A stretch of 64,000 nt of DNA, taken from the NCBI RefSeq assembly GCF_035084215.1, contig NC_090354.1, forward strand, positions 2,232,001-2,296,000, written 5' to 3'. Under the pieces are notes generated by a model. That model saw only the letters and a list, made by a program, of their open reading frames with translations. It was not told the origin of the DNA and ran no database searches. This document shows positions 47,476-59,910 of the stretch, one piece after another. The DNA comes from Heptranchias perlo (lineage: Eukaryota). The number at the start of each line of letters is the position of its first letter. Position 1 is the first letter of the stretch. Made by a program: the position numbers and the translations under genes.

Positions 47476-48068
47476 ACACGGTGCATTGCGCGCGCAGTAA
47501 CACGGTGCATTGCGCGCGCGCGCCCGCGCAGTAACACGGTGCATTGCGCGCGCGCGCCCGCGCAGTAACACGGTGCATTGCGCGCGCGCGCCCGCGCAGT
47601 AACACGGTGCATTGCGCGCGCGCGCCCGCGCAGTAACACGGTGCATTGCGCGCGCGCGCCCGCGCAGTAACACGGTGCATTGCGCGCGCGCGCCCGCGCA
47701 GTAACACGGTGCATTGCGCGCGCGCGCCCGCAGTAACACGGTGCATTGCGCGCGCCCGCCCGCAGTAACACGGTGCATTGCGCGCGCCCGCCCGCAGTAA
47801 CACGGTGCATTGCGCGCGCCCGCCCGCAGTAACACGGTGCATTGCGCGCGCGCGCCCGCAGTAACACGGTGCATTGCGCGCGCGCGCACGCAGTAACACG
47901 GTGCATTGCGCGCGCGCGCACGCAGTAACACGGTGCATTACATGCGCACGCACGCAGTAACACGGTGCATTACATGCGCACACACGCAGTAACACACAGT
48001 GCATTACATGCGCACACACGCAGTAACACACAGTGCATTACATGTGCACACACGCAGTAACACACAGT
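47476..48068. repeat. 32-34-bp minisatellite with (CG)n runs, ~18 copies
   Basis: GCAGTAACACGGTGCATT followed by GCGCGCGCGCGCCCGC (core) or ACATGCGCACACAC (edge). Confidence 0.96.
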
Positions 48069-48549
48069 GATCACTGGCCACTTTGACACTAAGGCCACTT
48101 GTTGATCACAAGTTTCTGGAGCATGCTGTACTAGTAGGGAGTAACAATCACTACAGATACACATCTGTGAACCTTGCCCATCTAACAGGCTCATCTAACA
48201 CAGGAACGGCACAGCACTCAGTTACCAATGCAGGGTCTGCGATGGTCACTGCAATGGAATTAAACAGAGGGGCTGGAGTCACCCTGTGCCACATTAATGA
48301 ACACCCTTCGTTAAAATGGGGAGGGGCAAAGGAATTTAATACAAAAATATATAAACACTTGTATTACTAAAATCGCACAGCATCATCAGCCACTGTGCAA
48401 TGCACACCTGGGAGGCAACAGCATAAAAACACCCAACAAATGCCATCTCCACCTGAGAGGACCTCTCATCTGAAAGACAGCAGCTCCGGCAGTACAGCAC
48501 TCCCTCGGTACTGCACCGGGAATGTCAGCCTGGATATGTGCTCAAGTCT

Positions 48550-49130
48550 CATATCGTAGTAAGTACAGCACAGGAGGAGGCCGTTCAGCCCATCGTGCCT
48601 GTGCCAGCTCTTTGAGAGAGCTCTCCAACTAGTCCCACTCCTCCTGCTCTTCCCCCAAAGCCCTGCAAAATTTCTCCTTTTCAAGTATTTATCCAATTCC
48701 CTTTTGGATCTGCTTCCACCGCCCTTTCAGGAAGCGCATTCCAGATCGTAACAACTCATTGCGTAAATAAAACGTTTCCTCATATCGCCTCTGGCTCTTT
48801 TGCCGATCACCTTAAACCTGTGCCCTCTGGTTACCGACCACTGGAAACAGTTTCTCCTTATTTACTCTATCAAAACCGTTCAAGATTTTGATCACCTCGA
48901 TCAAGTCTCCCCTTAACCGTCTCTGTTCCGAGGAGAACAATCCCGGCTTCTCCACATAACTGAGGTCCCTCATCCCTGGCACCATTCTAGTAAATTTCTC
49001 CTCCGCCCTCCCCAAGGCCTGGACATCCTTCCTGAGGTGCGGTGCCCACAATATTCCAGGGTTTTTATAAAGGTTTAGCACAACTTCCTTGTTTTTATAG
49101 CCAACGCCTCTGATGATATAAAGCCCAGGC
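48550..49130 (-). mobile_element. CR1 LINE 3' fragment
   Basis: LWAPHLRKDVQALGR...EQRRLRGDLIEVIKILNGFDRVNKEKLFP. Confidence 0.88.
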
Positions 49131-49259
49131 TCTGGAGTGGGGCCTGAATCCACGGCCCTCTGACTGAACCTCCACCCACACCTTCCAATGGGCTATTTGA
49201 CCATGAAGGGCATCGCAGCCTGATCCTCGCTCAAAATCAACTCAAACCTTCCAACAGGA

Positions 49260-49750
49260 TCAGCTCCGGGGGGGGACCCGGGGCCCGGACCCGACCCGCC
49301 GGCGCTGGGGCTCGATGCAACTTTAGATCGTGTCGAGCGCCTGGATCTGGGCCCCGGGGTCGAGTCTAAAGGCTCGCCCCCCCCCCGCCCTCTCCCCCCT
49401 TATTTAGGGGGTGCCCCCCTCCCCCCTCCCCTTTACCCGGTCTCCCGGCGGGTTTGCGCCGCTCACCATCTTTGTTCCGGCTCAGGATCCAAAACTCGGC
49501 AACCGGAGGCCCCGGGACAGGGGACAGGGGGTCGGAGGCCGCAGACTGGCCGGCTCGCAAGGCCCAGAGTCCGGGGTGGGCTCTCGGCGATCCCGGGGTC
49601 CGATCCCGCCTCTGATTCCGGGGTCGAAGCAAATACCGAAAAAAAAACCCCCGACTTCAGACCAAACAATGCGGCGCAGGCGGAAGCGGCAAACACCCTG
49701 ACCCCGCCCCGAACCCCACCCCTGAACCCCAAACCCCGCCCCCGAACCCC
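49260..49750. promoter_or_regulatory. CpG island / NT5C3B promoter and first exon (possibly shared with KLHL10)
   Basis: Dense non-repetitive CpGs, ETS motif GCGGAAG at ~49680, multiple CCCCGCCC boxes, located between divergent genes. Confidence 0.75.
49467..49469 (-). CDS. NT5C3B: NT5C3B exon 1 coding part (ATG only)
   Basis: ACAAAG ATG|gtgagc; in-frame TGA upstream at 49482-49484; phase 0 matches exon 2; joined CDS is 897 nt. Confidence 0.8.
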
Positions 49751-50425
49751 ACCCCTGAACCCCAAACCCCGCCCCCTGAACCCCAAACCCCGCCCCGAAC
49801 CCCCAAACCCCGCCCCTGAACCCCGCCCCGAACCCCCAAACCCCGCCCCTTGAACCCCGAACCGCGCCCAGAACCCCAAACCCCGCCCCCTGAACCCCAA
49901 ACCCTCTCCCCAAACTCAAACCCCACTCTGAACCCCAAAGCCCACACCACACCCTGTCCTTCACCCCAAACCGCCGCCCTGATCCTCACACCCTGAACCC
50001 CACACCCTGCCCTTCACCCCGAACCCCATGCCCCGCCCTTCACCCCACACCCTGCCCTTCACCCCGAACCCCATGCCCCGCCCTTCACCCCAAAACCAAA
50101 CCATGCCCTTCTCCCCGAAACCTACACCCCACCCTTCACTCCAAACCCCACACCCCACCCTTCACCCCTCACCCCTATCATTCACCCCGAAACCCTCACC
50201 CCCACCCTTCACCCCACTCCCTACACCCTGTCCTTCGCCCCGCTTCCCAAACCCTACCCTTCACCCCACTCCCCACACCCCGTCCTTCGCCCTGCTCCCC
50301 ACACCCCGTCCTTTGCCCCACTCCCTACATCCCACCCTTTGCCCCGAACCCCACATCCCATCTTTCACTCCTCTCCCCATGGCCCGCCCTTCGCCCCACT
50401 CCCCACACCCCACTCTTCAACCCAC
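49700..50425. repeat. C-rich degenerate repeat (ccctgaaccccaaaccccgcc / ccttcacccc)
   Basis: Strong C skew, short-period units. Confidence 0.9.
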
Positions 50426-52469
50426 AACTTTCTGACTCCGAGGTGTGAGCGCTATCACTGAGCCAAGGCTGACACTTAAATTGTTTTAACAACTGGCCGA
50501 TGGTGAACGGCTCACAAGTCAAAGTTTGATGCCTCTTTGCAAATTTAAGAAGATGAAACTCATGGGCAGCCCTCAGAAGGACCATTAAACTCAAACACAG
50601 TTTGTGAGGGGTTAAATGAGGAGCTGACTGTCAGAGCTACTTTTGTGAGTCTATATTTTAGGGCCATTTGTGATTTATTGCCCATCCCTAATTGCCCTTG
50701 AGAAGGTGGTGATGAGCCGCCTTCTTGAACCGCTGCAGTCCGTGTGGTGAAGGTTCTCCCACAGTGCTGTTAGGTCGGGAGTTTCAGGATTTTGACCCAG
50801 TGATGATGAAGGAACGGCCGATATATGACCAAGAGTGCTACCAACTGAGCCAAACAGAAACACATCTTTGGATCGGGAGTTGGAGTAAAAAGTGGAAGGA
50901 AATTAGAAGAAGTGTCAAAAAGTGATGAAATTTGGGTTCATTGAGAAAGACAAAAGTAGGTTGACCAGAGATGGAAATGGTCAGCATCAAGGCGATGCCA
51001 AGAATGTTGCAGAAGAGCAGCTAAAATGGAGAAGCATCAGCAGTGGGTGGGAAAGTATGGTCCTGGGTATCTCAATTATACTCCGACTGTGTAATGTACC
51101 ATATGCTTTAAGTCAGACTTTATTACAGTACACTTACTGTACTCTCATCCATGCCATTGTTACCTCTAGATTTGACTATTCCAATGCTCTCCTGGCCGAC
51201 TTCCCATCTTCCACACTCCATAAACTTAAGCTCATCCAAAACTCTGCTGCCCGTTTCTTAACTCACACCAAGTTCCGTTCACCCATCACCCTTGTGCTCG
51301 ATGACCTACATTGGCTCCTGATCCAGGAACGCCTCACTTTTAAAATTCCCATCCTTGTTTTCAAATCCCTCCATGGCCTCGCCCCTCCCTATCTCTGTAA
51401 CCTCCTCCAGCCCTACAACCCTCTGAGATCTCTGCGTTCTTCCAACTCTGGCCTTGCGCGCATCCCTGATTTTAATCGCTCCACCACTGGCGGCCGTGCC
51501 TTCAGCTGCCTAAGATCTGGAATTCCCTCCTAAAACTCTCCACCTCTCTATCCTCCTTTAAAAGGCTCCTTAAAACCTACCTCTGTGACCAACCTAGTGT
51601 GGCTCAGTGTCAAATTTTGTTTGATAATCGCTCCTGTGAAACGCCTTGGGACGTTTTACTCCGTGAAAGGTGCTCTATAAATGCAGGTTGTTGTCGTTAC
51701 ACCATAATCTGCACCACACCATGGTATATAATGACCTGTATATTATACACTTAACTACACAAAGCTCATTATATATTTCATGCATTACAATGACCGATTG
51801 AAATTTGTCATTTCCGTTCCTTCGCTGATCGCTAAGAATGGCATTCGCCCTGTAAACATTAATAAACGTGTGGGTAGAGTTGGAATCCAGTAGAATGTTG
51901 GTAATTGGAAAATCTCCTGCCTCCTCTTACATAAAAAGGGTCGGATTCCCTCTTCCTTCCTGTCTTTTTTTTTCACGATAGAAAGTTAGTTACCCGACAG
52001 CCTGTAAATTACAAACATTGTCTTTTGTTGTGTCATTTTAAAACGTACACCCTCAATGTTTACGTTATGAGAACAATCAATAATAGGGTTACATACAAAC
52101 CAAGGGCACCCACAAATCCTAGCTCACAAATACACGATGTGAGTTGATAGGAGCAGGGAGTTGGTCGGCGGGGTCTGCTGGGGAATGTGAGCGGGTAACA
52201 GTACTGACTCGGGGCCCAGTAGATGCTGAACGATCAGCCATTAAACTGAGGCAAGGACCTTTGATTGTCCATGTCACCAAATGGAAGTCCACCAGATGTG
52301 CTGGGGACCTTCTCCTTAGTGATGTTACAATTGGATGTGTTCTGGAACCCTGAGCAGCGCCTCTAAAAACACAAATCGTGACAACCAGCTCACACACTGA
52401 CCTTTTCCACCACATCCACCCAATCTCATTGGGAAAAGTTCTTTTCGCTTTTAGTTTGAAAGCTTCATT

Positions 52470-52660
52470 ATGGAGGAACCCTCAACCTCAACTCGGCAGT
52501 TAAGGCAGAGCACTATGGAGAGGAAGATGAGTGCCATGGCTTGTACCATCTTCAACGAGCTTCGCCTTGAGGGAAAACTCTGCGACGTGGTTATCAGGGT
52601 GAACGGCATCGACTTCAACGCCCATAAGAACATCTTATGCAGCTGCAGCTCGTACTTTCG
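52470..52660 (+). CDS. KLHL10: KLHL10 first coding exon (start of the BTB domain)
   Basis: MEEPSTSTRQLRQSTMERKMSAMACTIFNELRLEGKLCDVVIRVNGIDFNAHKNILCSCSSYFR|gtcagt. Confidence 0.95.
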
Positions 52661-53009
52661 GTCAGTAACTGCAGCAAATAGGCTTCCTCCTTCTCCCATT
52701 CTTCTTAGTGTGTTTTAGTCCCGAAAGTGACGATGCTGAAGAGAACAAAGTGTTCGAGATGATTCACCATAAATTATTCTTTGAAGCTCAACTAATTCAA
52801 ATTGTAAAGTGAAATTCAGAATTCACCCGGATTTCGCCAAATGATAAGTTGCAACCGTTTTAATGCAACACAATTGTTGTATAGCCCGCCTGAGATGGTG
52901 TTAATCTGAATACATAACTTTGTAACACCTCACAGAAAGACCATAATATTCCTGGAAATCGCCTACACTCATTGCAAGAGAAAGTGCTGAGCAATGAGTA
53001 TCTTCTATT

Positions 53010-53711
53010 CTTATCTATCCAGTCCCAGACAGGCAATCTCCTACAATGGCTTCTCTTCCCGCTCCCATACTGTTACCTCTGGAGTCCCCCAAGGATCTAT
53101 CCTTGGCCCCTTCCTATTTTTCATCTACAGTCTGCCCCTCGGCAACATCATCCGAAAACACATCAGATTCCACATGTATGCTGCCGACACCCAGCTCTAC
53201 CCTACCCCCATCTTTCTCCACTCCTCCACTGCCTCTGATTTGTCACGTTTGTCTTACATCCAGTATTCTTCAAATTTCTTCCAATTAAGTATTGGGAAGA
53301 CCAAAGCCATTGTCTTTGGCCCCTGCCACAAGCATCATTTCCTCACCACCGACTCCATTCCTCTCCCTGGCCACCGCCTGAGGCTGAACCAAACCGTTTG
53401 CAACCTTGGCATCCTATATGGCCCTGAGCTGAGCTTCAGACCCTGTAACCTCTCCATCACCAAGACCACCTCCTTCCACATCCATAACATCGCCCGTCTC
53501 CGCCACTGCCTCATCTCATCTGCTGCTGAAATCCTCATCCATGCTTTTGTTAACTCCAGACTCGACTATTCCAATGCTCTCCTGGCTGGCCTCCCATCTT
53601 CCACCCTCCATAAACTTGAGCTCATCCAAAACTCTGCTGTCAGTATCCTAACTCGCAGCAAGTCCCATTCACCCATCACCTCTGTGCTCACTGACCTACA
53701 TTTGCTCCCAT
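53010..53711 (+). mobile_element. L2-clade LINE RT fragment; resumes at ~55125-55170
   Basis: [39 protein letters not shown]. Confidence 0.9.
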
Positions 53712-55123
53712 AGGAACATAGGAACAGGAGTAGGCCATTCAGCCCCTTGAGCACGCTCCGCCATTTGATAAGATCATGGCTGATCTGTGATCTAACTCCA
53801 TATACCTGCCTTTGGCCCATATCCCTCAATACCTTTGGTTGCCAAAAAGCTATCTTATCTCAGATTTAAAATTAGCAATTGAGCTAGTATCAATTGCCAT
53901 TTGCGGAAGAGAGTTCCAAATTTCTACAACCCTTTATGTATAGGAGTGTTTTCTAATCTCACTCCTGAAAGGTCTGGCTATAATTTTTAGACTGTGCCCC
54001 CTACTCCTAGAATCCCCAACCAGCGGAAATAGTTTCTCCCTATCCGCCGTATCTGTTCCCCTTAATATCTTATAAACTTCGATCAGATCACCCCTTAACC
54101 TTCGAAACTCTAGAGAATACAACCCCAATTTGTGTAATCTCTCCTCAGAACTTAACCCTTGAAGTCCGAGTATCATTCTAGTAAACCTACGCTGCACTCC
54201 CTCCAAGGCCAATATGTCCTTCCAAAGGTGCGGTGCCCAGAACTGCTCACAGTACTCCAGGCGCAGTCTAACCAGGGTTTTGTATAGCTGCAGCATAACT
54301 TTTGCCCCCTTGTACTCTAGTCCTCTAGATATTAAGGCCAGCATTCCATTAGCCTTACTGATTATTTTCTGCACCTGTTCATGACACTTCAATGATCTAT
54401 GTACCTGAACCCTAAGTCCCTTTGGACATCCCCTGTTTTTAACTTTTTACCAGTTAGAAAGTACCCTGTTCTATCCTTTATTGGTCCAAAGTGGATGACC
54501 TCACATTTGCCTACATTGAATTCCATTTGCCACAGTTTTGCCCATTCACCTAATCTATCAATGTCCCTTTGTAATTTTATGTTTTCATCTACACTGCTTA
54601 CAGTGCCACCAATCTTTGTGTCATTGGCAAACTTAGATATGAGACGTTCTATGCCTTCATCTAAGTCGTTAATAAATATTGTGAATAACCGAGGCCCCAA
54701 GACAGATCCCTGCAGGACTCCAGTAGTCACATCCTGCCAATGTGAGTACCTACCCATTATCCCTACTCTCTGTCGCCTTTCGCTCAGCCAACCTCCTAAC
54801 CAAGTCCGTACTTTTCCCTCGATTCCATGGGCTTCTATCTTAGCTAACAGTCTCTTATGTGGGACTTTATCAAATGCCTTCTGGAAGTCCATATAAATAA
54901 CATCCATTGACATTCCTCTGTCCACTACTTTAGTCACCTCTTCAAAAAATTCAATCAGGTTTGTCAGGCATGACCTACCTTTCACAAATCCATGCTGGCT
55001 CTCTCTGATTAACTGAAAAATTTCAAGGTGTTCAGTCACCCTATCCTTAATTATAGACTCCAGCATTTCCCCCACAACAGATGTTAGGCCAACTGGTCTA
55101 TAATTCCCTGGTTTCCCTCTCAC
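53712..55123 (-). mobile_element. CR1 LINE (RT domain to 3' end, frameshifted) nested in the L2
   Basis: PGNYRPVGLTSVVG, SQHGFVKGRSCLTNL, MDFQKAFDKVPH, QGSVLGP, FANDTK. Confidence 0.93.
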
Positions 55124-57166
55124 TGCCGGTCCAGCAATGCCTCGATTTTAAAATGCTCATCCTTGTGTACCTAGTTGAAAACACTGATAAACTGAGTGCC
55201 TAGTTGGTGCATTGATGAGCTGAGTACCAGCTACACAATGTAAAAACGAGGAAAGTCCCCCTCTGTTTATCCAGTTCACCCCATTATTCAGTTTCTGTTT
55301 CAGAACTCAATTTGTCCATTTTCATTTTTTCCCACTCCAATACTCATATGTTTCTATTTCCTATTGAACCAGGAATCTATCCAATTGGCTTTTCAATGTT
55401 TCAATTGATGTGCCAGGTACATTCCCAAATTCAAATTGTCCCTTTTGCAAATTAAAGGGGAAAAGTCTTCCTTAGTGAAGAGGAGGACCAGGCAGAAGAG
55501 CTGTGTATTACTGAGTCATGATGAAGTACCAGCGATGCAGAGACACTTTCACAACACAACAAACCATCTCTACCTGATTTAGGTAACCGTGTGGAGTGTT
55601 TATCAATCAGTTTTTGCATAAAGAATGCATGCTTTTAAGAGAAGTAGTGAACCCAATTTTCTTCATCACTTTCTAAACTAGCACCCACACTACTCCACTC
55701 TGGCTTCAAAGGCTCCAGATCTGCCTTTGAAATAGGAATCTAATGTTCAACAAAAGCCCGTTGATTCTTTGGATATTCTTGAGTAAAACAAAGTCACCTT
55801 TCCCTCGGCCAGGTGATCCTCAGATACTTCTAGATTTTATCAATATGAATAGAAAATTGGGTTGTTACTTTTTATCCAGATTATTGACCAATAGTAATCA
55901 CATGATTGTGGTGGCACTTTCTAGCAATCTCATTGAACAGTAGTAATGACATGAATGTTCTGTGAGCATTTCCCATTACTTCATTGGCTAATACTAGCTA
56001 CTTGACTGTTTTGAGTATCCTGTTTTAGCAAAGTAAAGGCTGAACAAAGTGAAGAACTCCTTGAAAACCAACAACTGATGACACAAAACAAATTAAATTA
56101 ATGTTGTACCAAGAAGCCAAACTATCCAGCATTACCATGTCCCATTTTGGCCTGAACCAGATTGTCTATAAGCCCAGTGGACCAGTGGAACATCAATCAC
56201 TGACCAATTGGTTTTGGTACTCCATAGATAAACTATTTCTTCTCCGTTGTCTCTTTTATTGGTAAGTGGTCATTCTGAACTGAATATACAACACAGCCAG
56301 ATGACATTGGTATTGAGACAGCCAATTGGGGCAGGGTGCTGGTACTCACATGTTATGTCACAAAGAGATAAAACGTTTCTCTGTGGTTTCCCACATAAGT
56401 GAGTTCCAAATTTAAATTAAAGTGCATTGAGTGAAAGTGACACAAGACACAAGCTACTATTAAGGTGAGTCGATGCACACTAATATAAAGCAACAGGTCA
56501 TCTTCCCAATCTTATAGTAGCGAAATGACAGGGGAAGAAAAATAACTTACAGTGGAGGAAGGCAATTATCAACAACACATGTTAGCAAACAATCTTTTGC
56601 TACTGGATACGAGTCCAGATGTAAAAGTTTTTATTGTTGTTAATACAAATTCCAGGTTAAAATATAGAAAAGAATACTTTCATATTGTACGGTAATTTGA
56701 CTCTCCAATTACACTCCATCACATCAGTAGAGCAGGACCTACCATGTAAAAAGCTTTGAGGGGAGAGAAAGGGCAGGGAACATTCTTTCTGTCCTTCCCA
56801 TTTTCTCCTGTAGGTGCCAACTCCTTCAGGAGTCTGGTTCAGGCACGAGCTGTTCTCTGGCACTTTATCCAAGGGCCATTCAACAAGAGTGAGCCGGAAC
56901 AGTGAGTGTCAATAAGCTACTTAGCAAGAGGAAACATCACGCCAAGTCCAATCCTGGACAGGGAGCACCGTGCAAGGCTTGGTGTGGATTTAAGTCCTCT
57001 TGCACTGATTATTTTTTTACCTCGTCCCCTGTTATTTGAAGCATGCTTGTGTTAAAGTACCCACAGGTGGATTAGTATAGAGCAGCCCCAAAAAGAGACA
57101 GGTGGAGTGGTTAGGTAAAAGCTTACTCTTATTTATCCTAAGATTTCTGCTTCCTTTGCTTTGCAG

Positions 57167-57656
57167 GGCTCTATTTACTAGTGGCTGGAACAGCATAGAG
57201 AAGAAGGTATACAACATCCCAGGGGTGTCCCCCGATATGATGAAGCTCATTATAGAATATGCATACACTCGAACAGTACCAGTCACCGTGGAAAATGTCG
57301 AGAGGCTCCTGGCGGCTGCGGATCAGTTCAATGTCCTGGGAATTGTCAGAGCTTGTTGTGAATTCCTTGAATCCCAGTTATGCCTGGAAAACTGCATTGG
57401 GATCTGCAAATTTGCAGATTATTACTTCTGCCCAGAGCTCCGGCACAAAGCTTACATGTACATCCTGCACCATTTTGAGGAGATTGTGAAGGTGAGTGAG
57501 GAGTTCCTAGAGCTGTCAGCCTTTGAGCTCAGAGACATCATTGAGAAGGATGAGTTGAATGTGAAACAAGAAGATGTAGTGTTTGATGCCATTCTCAAGT
57601 GGATTGCCCAAGACCCAGACATCAGGAAAAAGTGCATTGTCATACTGCTGCCCAAG
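57167..57656 (+). CDS. KLHL10: KLHL10 coding exon 2 (490 bp), BTB end and BACK domain
   Basis: gcag|ALFTSGWNSIEKKVYNIPGVSPDMMKLIIEYAYT...LCLENCIGI...IEKDELNVKQEDVVFDAILKWI...LLPK|gtac. Confidence 0.96.
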
Positions 57657-57729
57657 GTACATTATCAGCTAGATTCACCTTCATTTCTACCAAATAAATA
57701 TTTTTGTTGTAAAAGAGAAGGATTGAAGA

Positions 57730-58030
57730 GACTGGTTGGAGCCATGGTTAGCACATTGTCCCTTCACTTACTGCACCCAAGCTTGAGTCCTATCTAGACT
57801 GGGAGAATTAGTTTTCTCTCATGTTGGCTCTGTCGGTCCTACATTGGGGCAATTTCAATCCAATTGCTAGTGAGCACTGGTCCACAGCAGAAAACTGCCA
57901 TTAACCTGGCATTAAATGGGCAACCTTGCTCAGTGAAGCCACAAGGGCAGCTGGTATGGGAAATGGAAAGGTCACACTGTGGTTGATCTGGGGTTGGAGT
58001 TCTCCTACCAGGCCATTAGAATCAGGGAGG
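57730..58030 (+). mobile_element. Degenerate ancient SINE (LF-SINE-like)
   Basis: Weak recalled resemblance only (ggcattaaatgggcaaccttg..., caatccaattgctagtg). Confidence 0.3.
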
Positions 58031-59292
58031 AGCAAGAAAGACTTGCATTTATATAGCTCCTTTCGCAACCTAAGGCTGTCCCAAAGCACTTTACGGCCCA
58101 TTAAGTACTTCTGAAGCGTAGTCACTGTTGTAATGTAGGGGTTGACCTGTCAGAGGCTGAAATATATGGGTAATGTACAATGCAAACATAACATTTAGCT
58201 TCAAGGTTTGGTGCTTTAAAAAAAAATTAAGTTATTTTACATTTTCTATCTTTGCCTCTTTGGAATCATCCTCCCCACCCCCTGTGGTACAACCCATTCC
58301 TCAGCAGAGAGGCAATGAATGGGTCTTCTTCACAGGAATATGCAGCTTTCTTCCTTGTGAGGCAGTACCTGGCACAGCTAGGATCAGGAATTCAACAGTT
58401 GGAGGAACCCAGCAGTGCCGATGGGTGTTGGAGCTCGAGCCCATTAACCACTTAATGGCATTTTGTGAATCTTTATGTTTCTTTCTTTAAACTCTTCAGA
58501 CAGATGATAAATGGGAAGAAAAATATTATTTTATTATTACCCATATTTCTAATTACCTAGTTGCCCTGCGTTAGAGAGCCACATATCCTTGGATGGTCGA
58601 ATAACTATGGCTGTGTGGTATGAGCTGCTACCTCCAGTTGGTTAGGCTGTCCAGCAACCCACCGACTCCACACCTTTAAGTATAAGCAGGGGCTGGGTCT
58701 GGGACTTACAGCTCAAGTTTCCACCTCATGAGCACGTGCACTAATGTGTGGTGCTGCCCAGTCACCATAATCGTTGATCTGCATATCCATTTCTTTTACT
58801 GTTTTCCTCCCCTTCTCTCCCAAAGGTGCTGACTCGTGCTGGGGTATTGCACGTCACCCAAGTGGTCATTCTTTGTGGCTGAGCCTAGATGGTGAGTGTT
58901 AGGAGGAGGATATTCAACCATAGAGAAAATCAGAGCCAAATCCCAAGCTATCCAGAGCCAACCTCCAGAAGTGTACTTTCCAACAGAGATCATTGGGTAA
59001 CAAGGTGGAGTGAACCTGGGCTGGTTTTTCTCCTTCTCTATAGCCCAGGGACACTGAGGCCAATGTCAGTGCCCCAATTGCCACCATGGCTGAGATCAGC
59101 AAACTCCGCACAGACCAGAGTTCAAACCTGGGCCCTTCCAAGTCTTAGCCACTGAGTTCCACACTGGGCGGTGGATGTACCACATGAGCCATTTTCATGT
59201 CAAAGATATCAAAACTGGGCAATAATAGGGACTGGGCAGAATTAATAATCGTGTTCTCAGAACTGATGGATATTAACATTTCTCACTTTCAG

Positions 59293-59910
59293 GTAAGACT
59301 GGCTTTAATGAACGCTGAATACTTCATGAACAACGTTAAGAACAATGACTATGTAAAGGACAACGATGACTGTAAACCCATCATCATCAACGCGCTTAAG
59401 GCCATGTACGATCTCAATATGAATGGACCGTCAAACTCGGACTTCCGCAACCCCTTGACCAGACCTCGCCTGCCTTACTCCATCCTCTTCGCAATCGGTG
59501 GCTGGAGCGGGGGCAGCCCGACCAACGCCATCGAGGCGTACGATGCCCGTGCAGATCGGTGGGTCAATGTGACCTGTGAGGAGGAGAGCCCGAGAGCTTA
59601 CCATGGGGCCGCCTACCTCAACGGCTTCGTCTACATCATTGGTGGCTTCGACAGCGTCGACTATTTCAACAGCGTCAAGCGCTTCGACCCGGTCAAGAAA
59701 ACGTGGCAGCAAGTGGCGCCCATGCATTCCCGCCGGTGCTATGTCAGCGTGACGGTCCTCGACAGTTTCATTTACGCCATGGGAGGATTCGACGGCTACG
59801 TTCGGCTGAACACCGCTGAGAGATACGAACCTGAAACAAACCAGTGGACGTTGATTGCTCCAATGCACGAACAACGGAGCGACGCTAGTGCGACAACACT
59901 GCACGGAAAG
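59293..59910 (+). CDS. KLHL10: KLHL10 coding exon 3 (618 bp), Kelch repeats; the gene continues beyond the window
   Basis: tcag|VRLALMNAEYF...RPRLPYSILFAIGGWSGGSPTNAIEAYD...IGGFDSVDYFNSV...MGGFDGYVRLNTAERY...TLHGK|gtaag. Confidence 0.97.

Noticed and set aside
47076-48031. Cys/Arg/Ala-rich ORFs
   Set aside because: Products of the CA microsatellite and the (CG)n minisatellite.
49700-49960. Interstitial telomeric repeat
   Set aside because: Units are CCCTGAA/CCCCAAA-like and irregular, not (CCCTAA)n.
53934-55123. Reverse transcriptase ORFs as an active element or novel RT system
   Set aside because: Truncated, frameshifted CR1/L2 fragments with a mutated catalytic motif (FAND, FGDD, YAAD in different copies).
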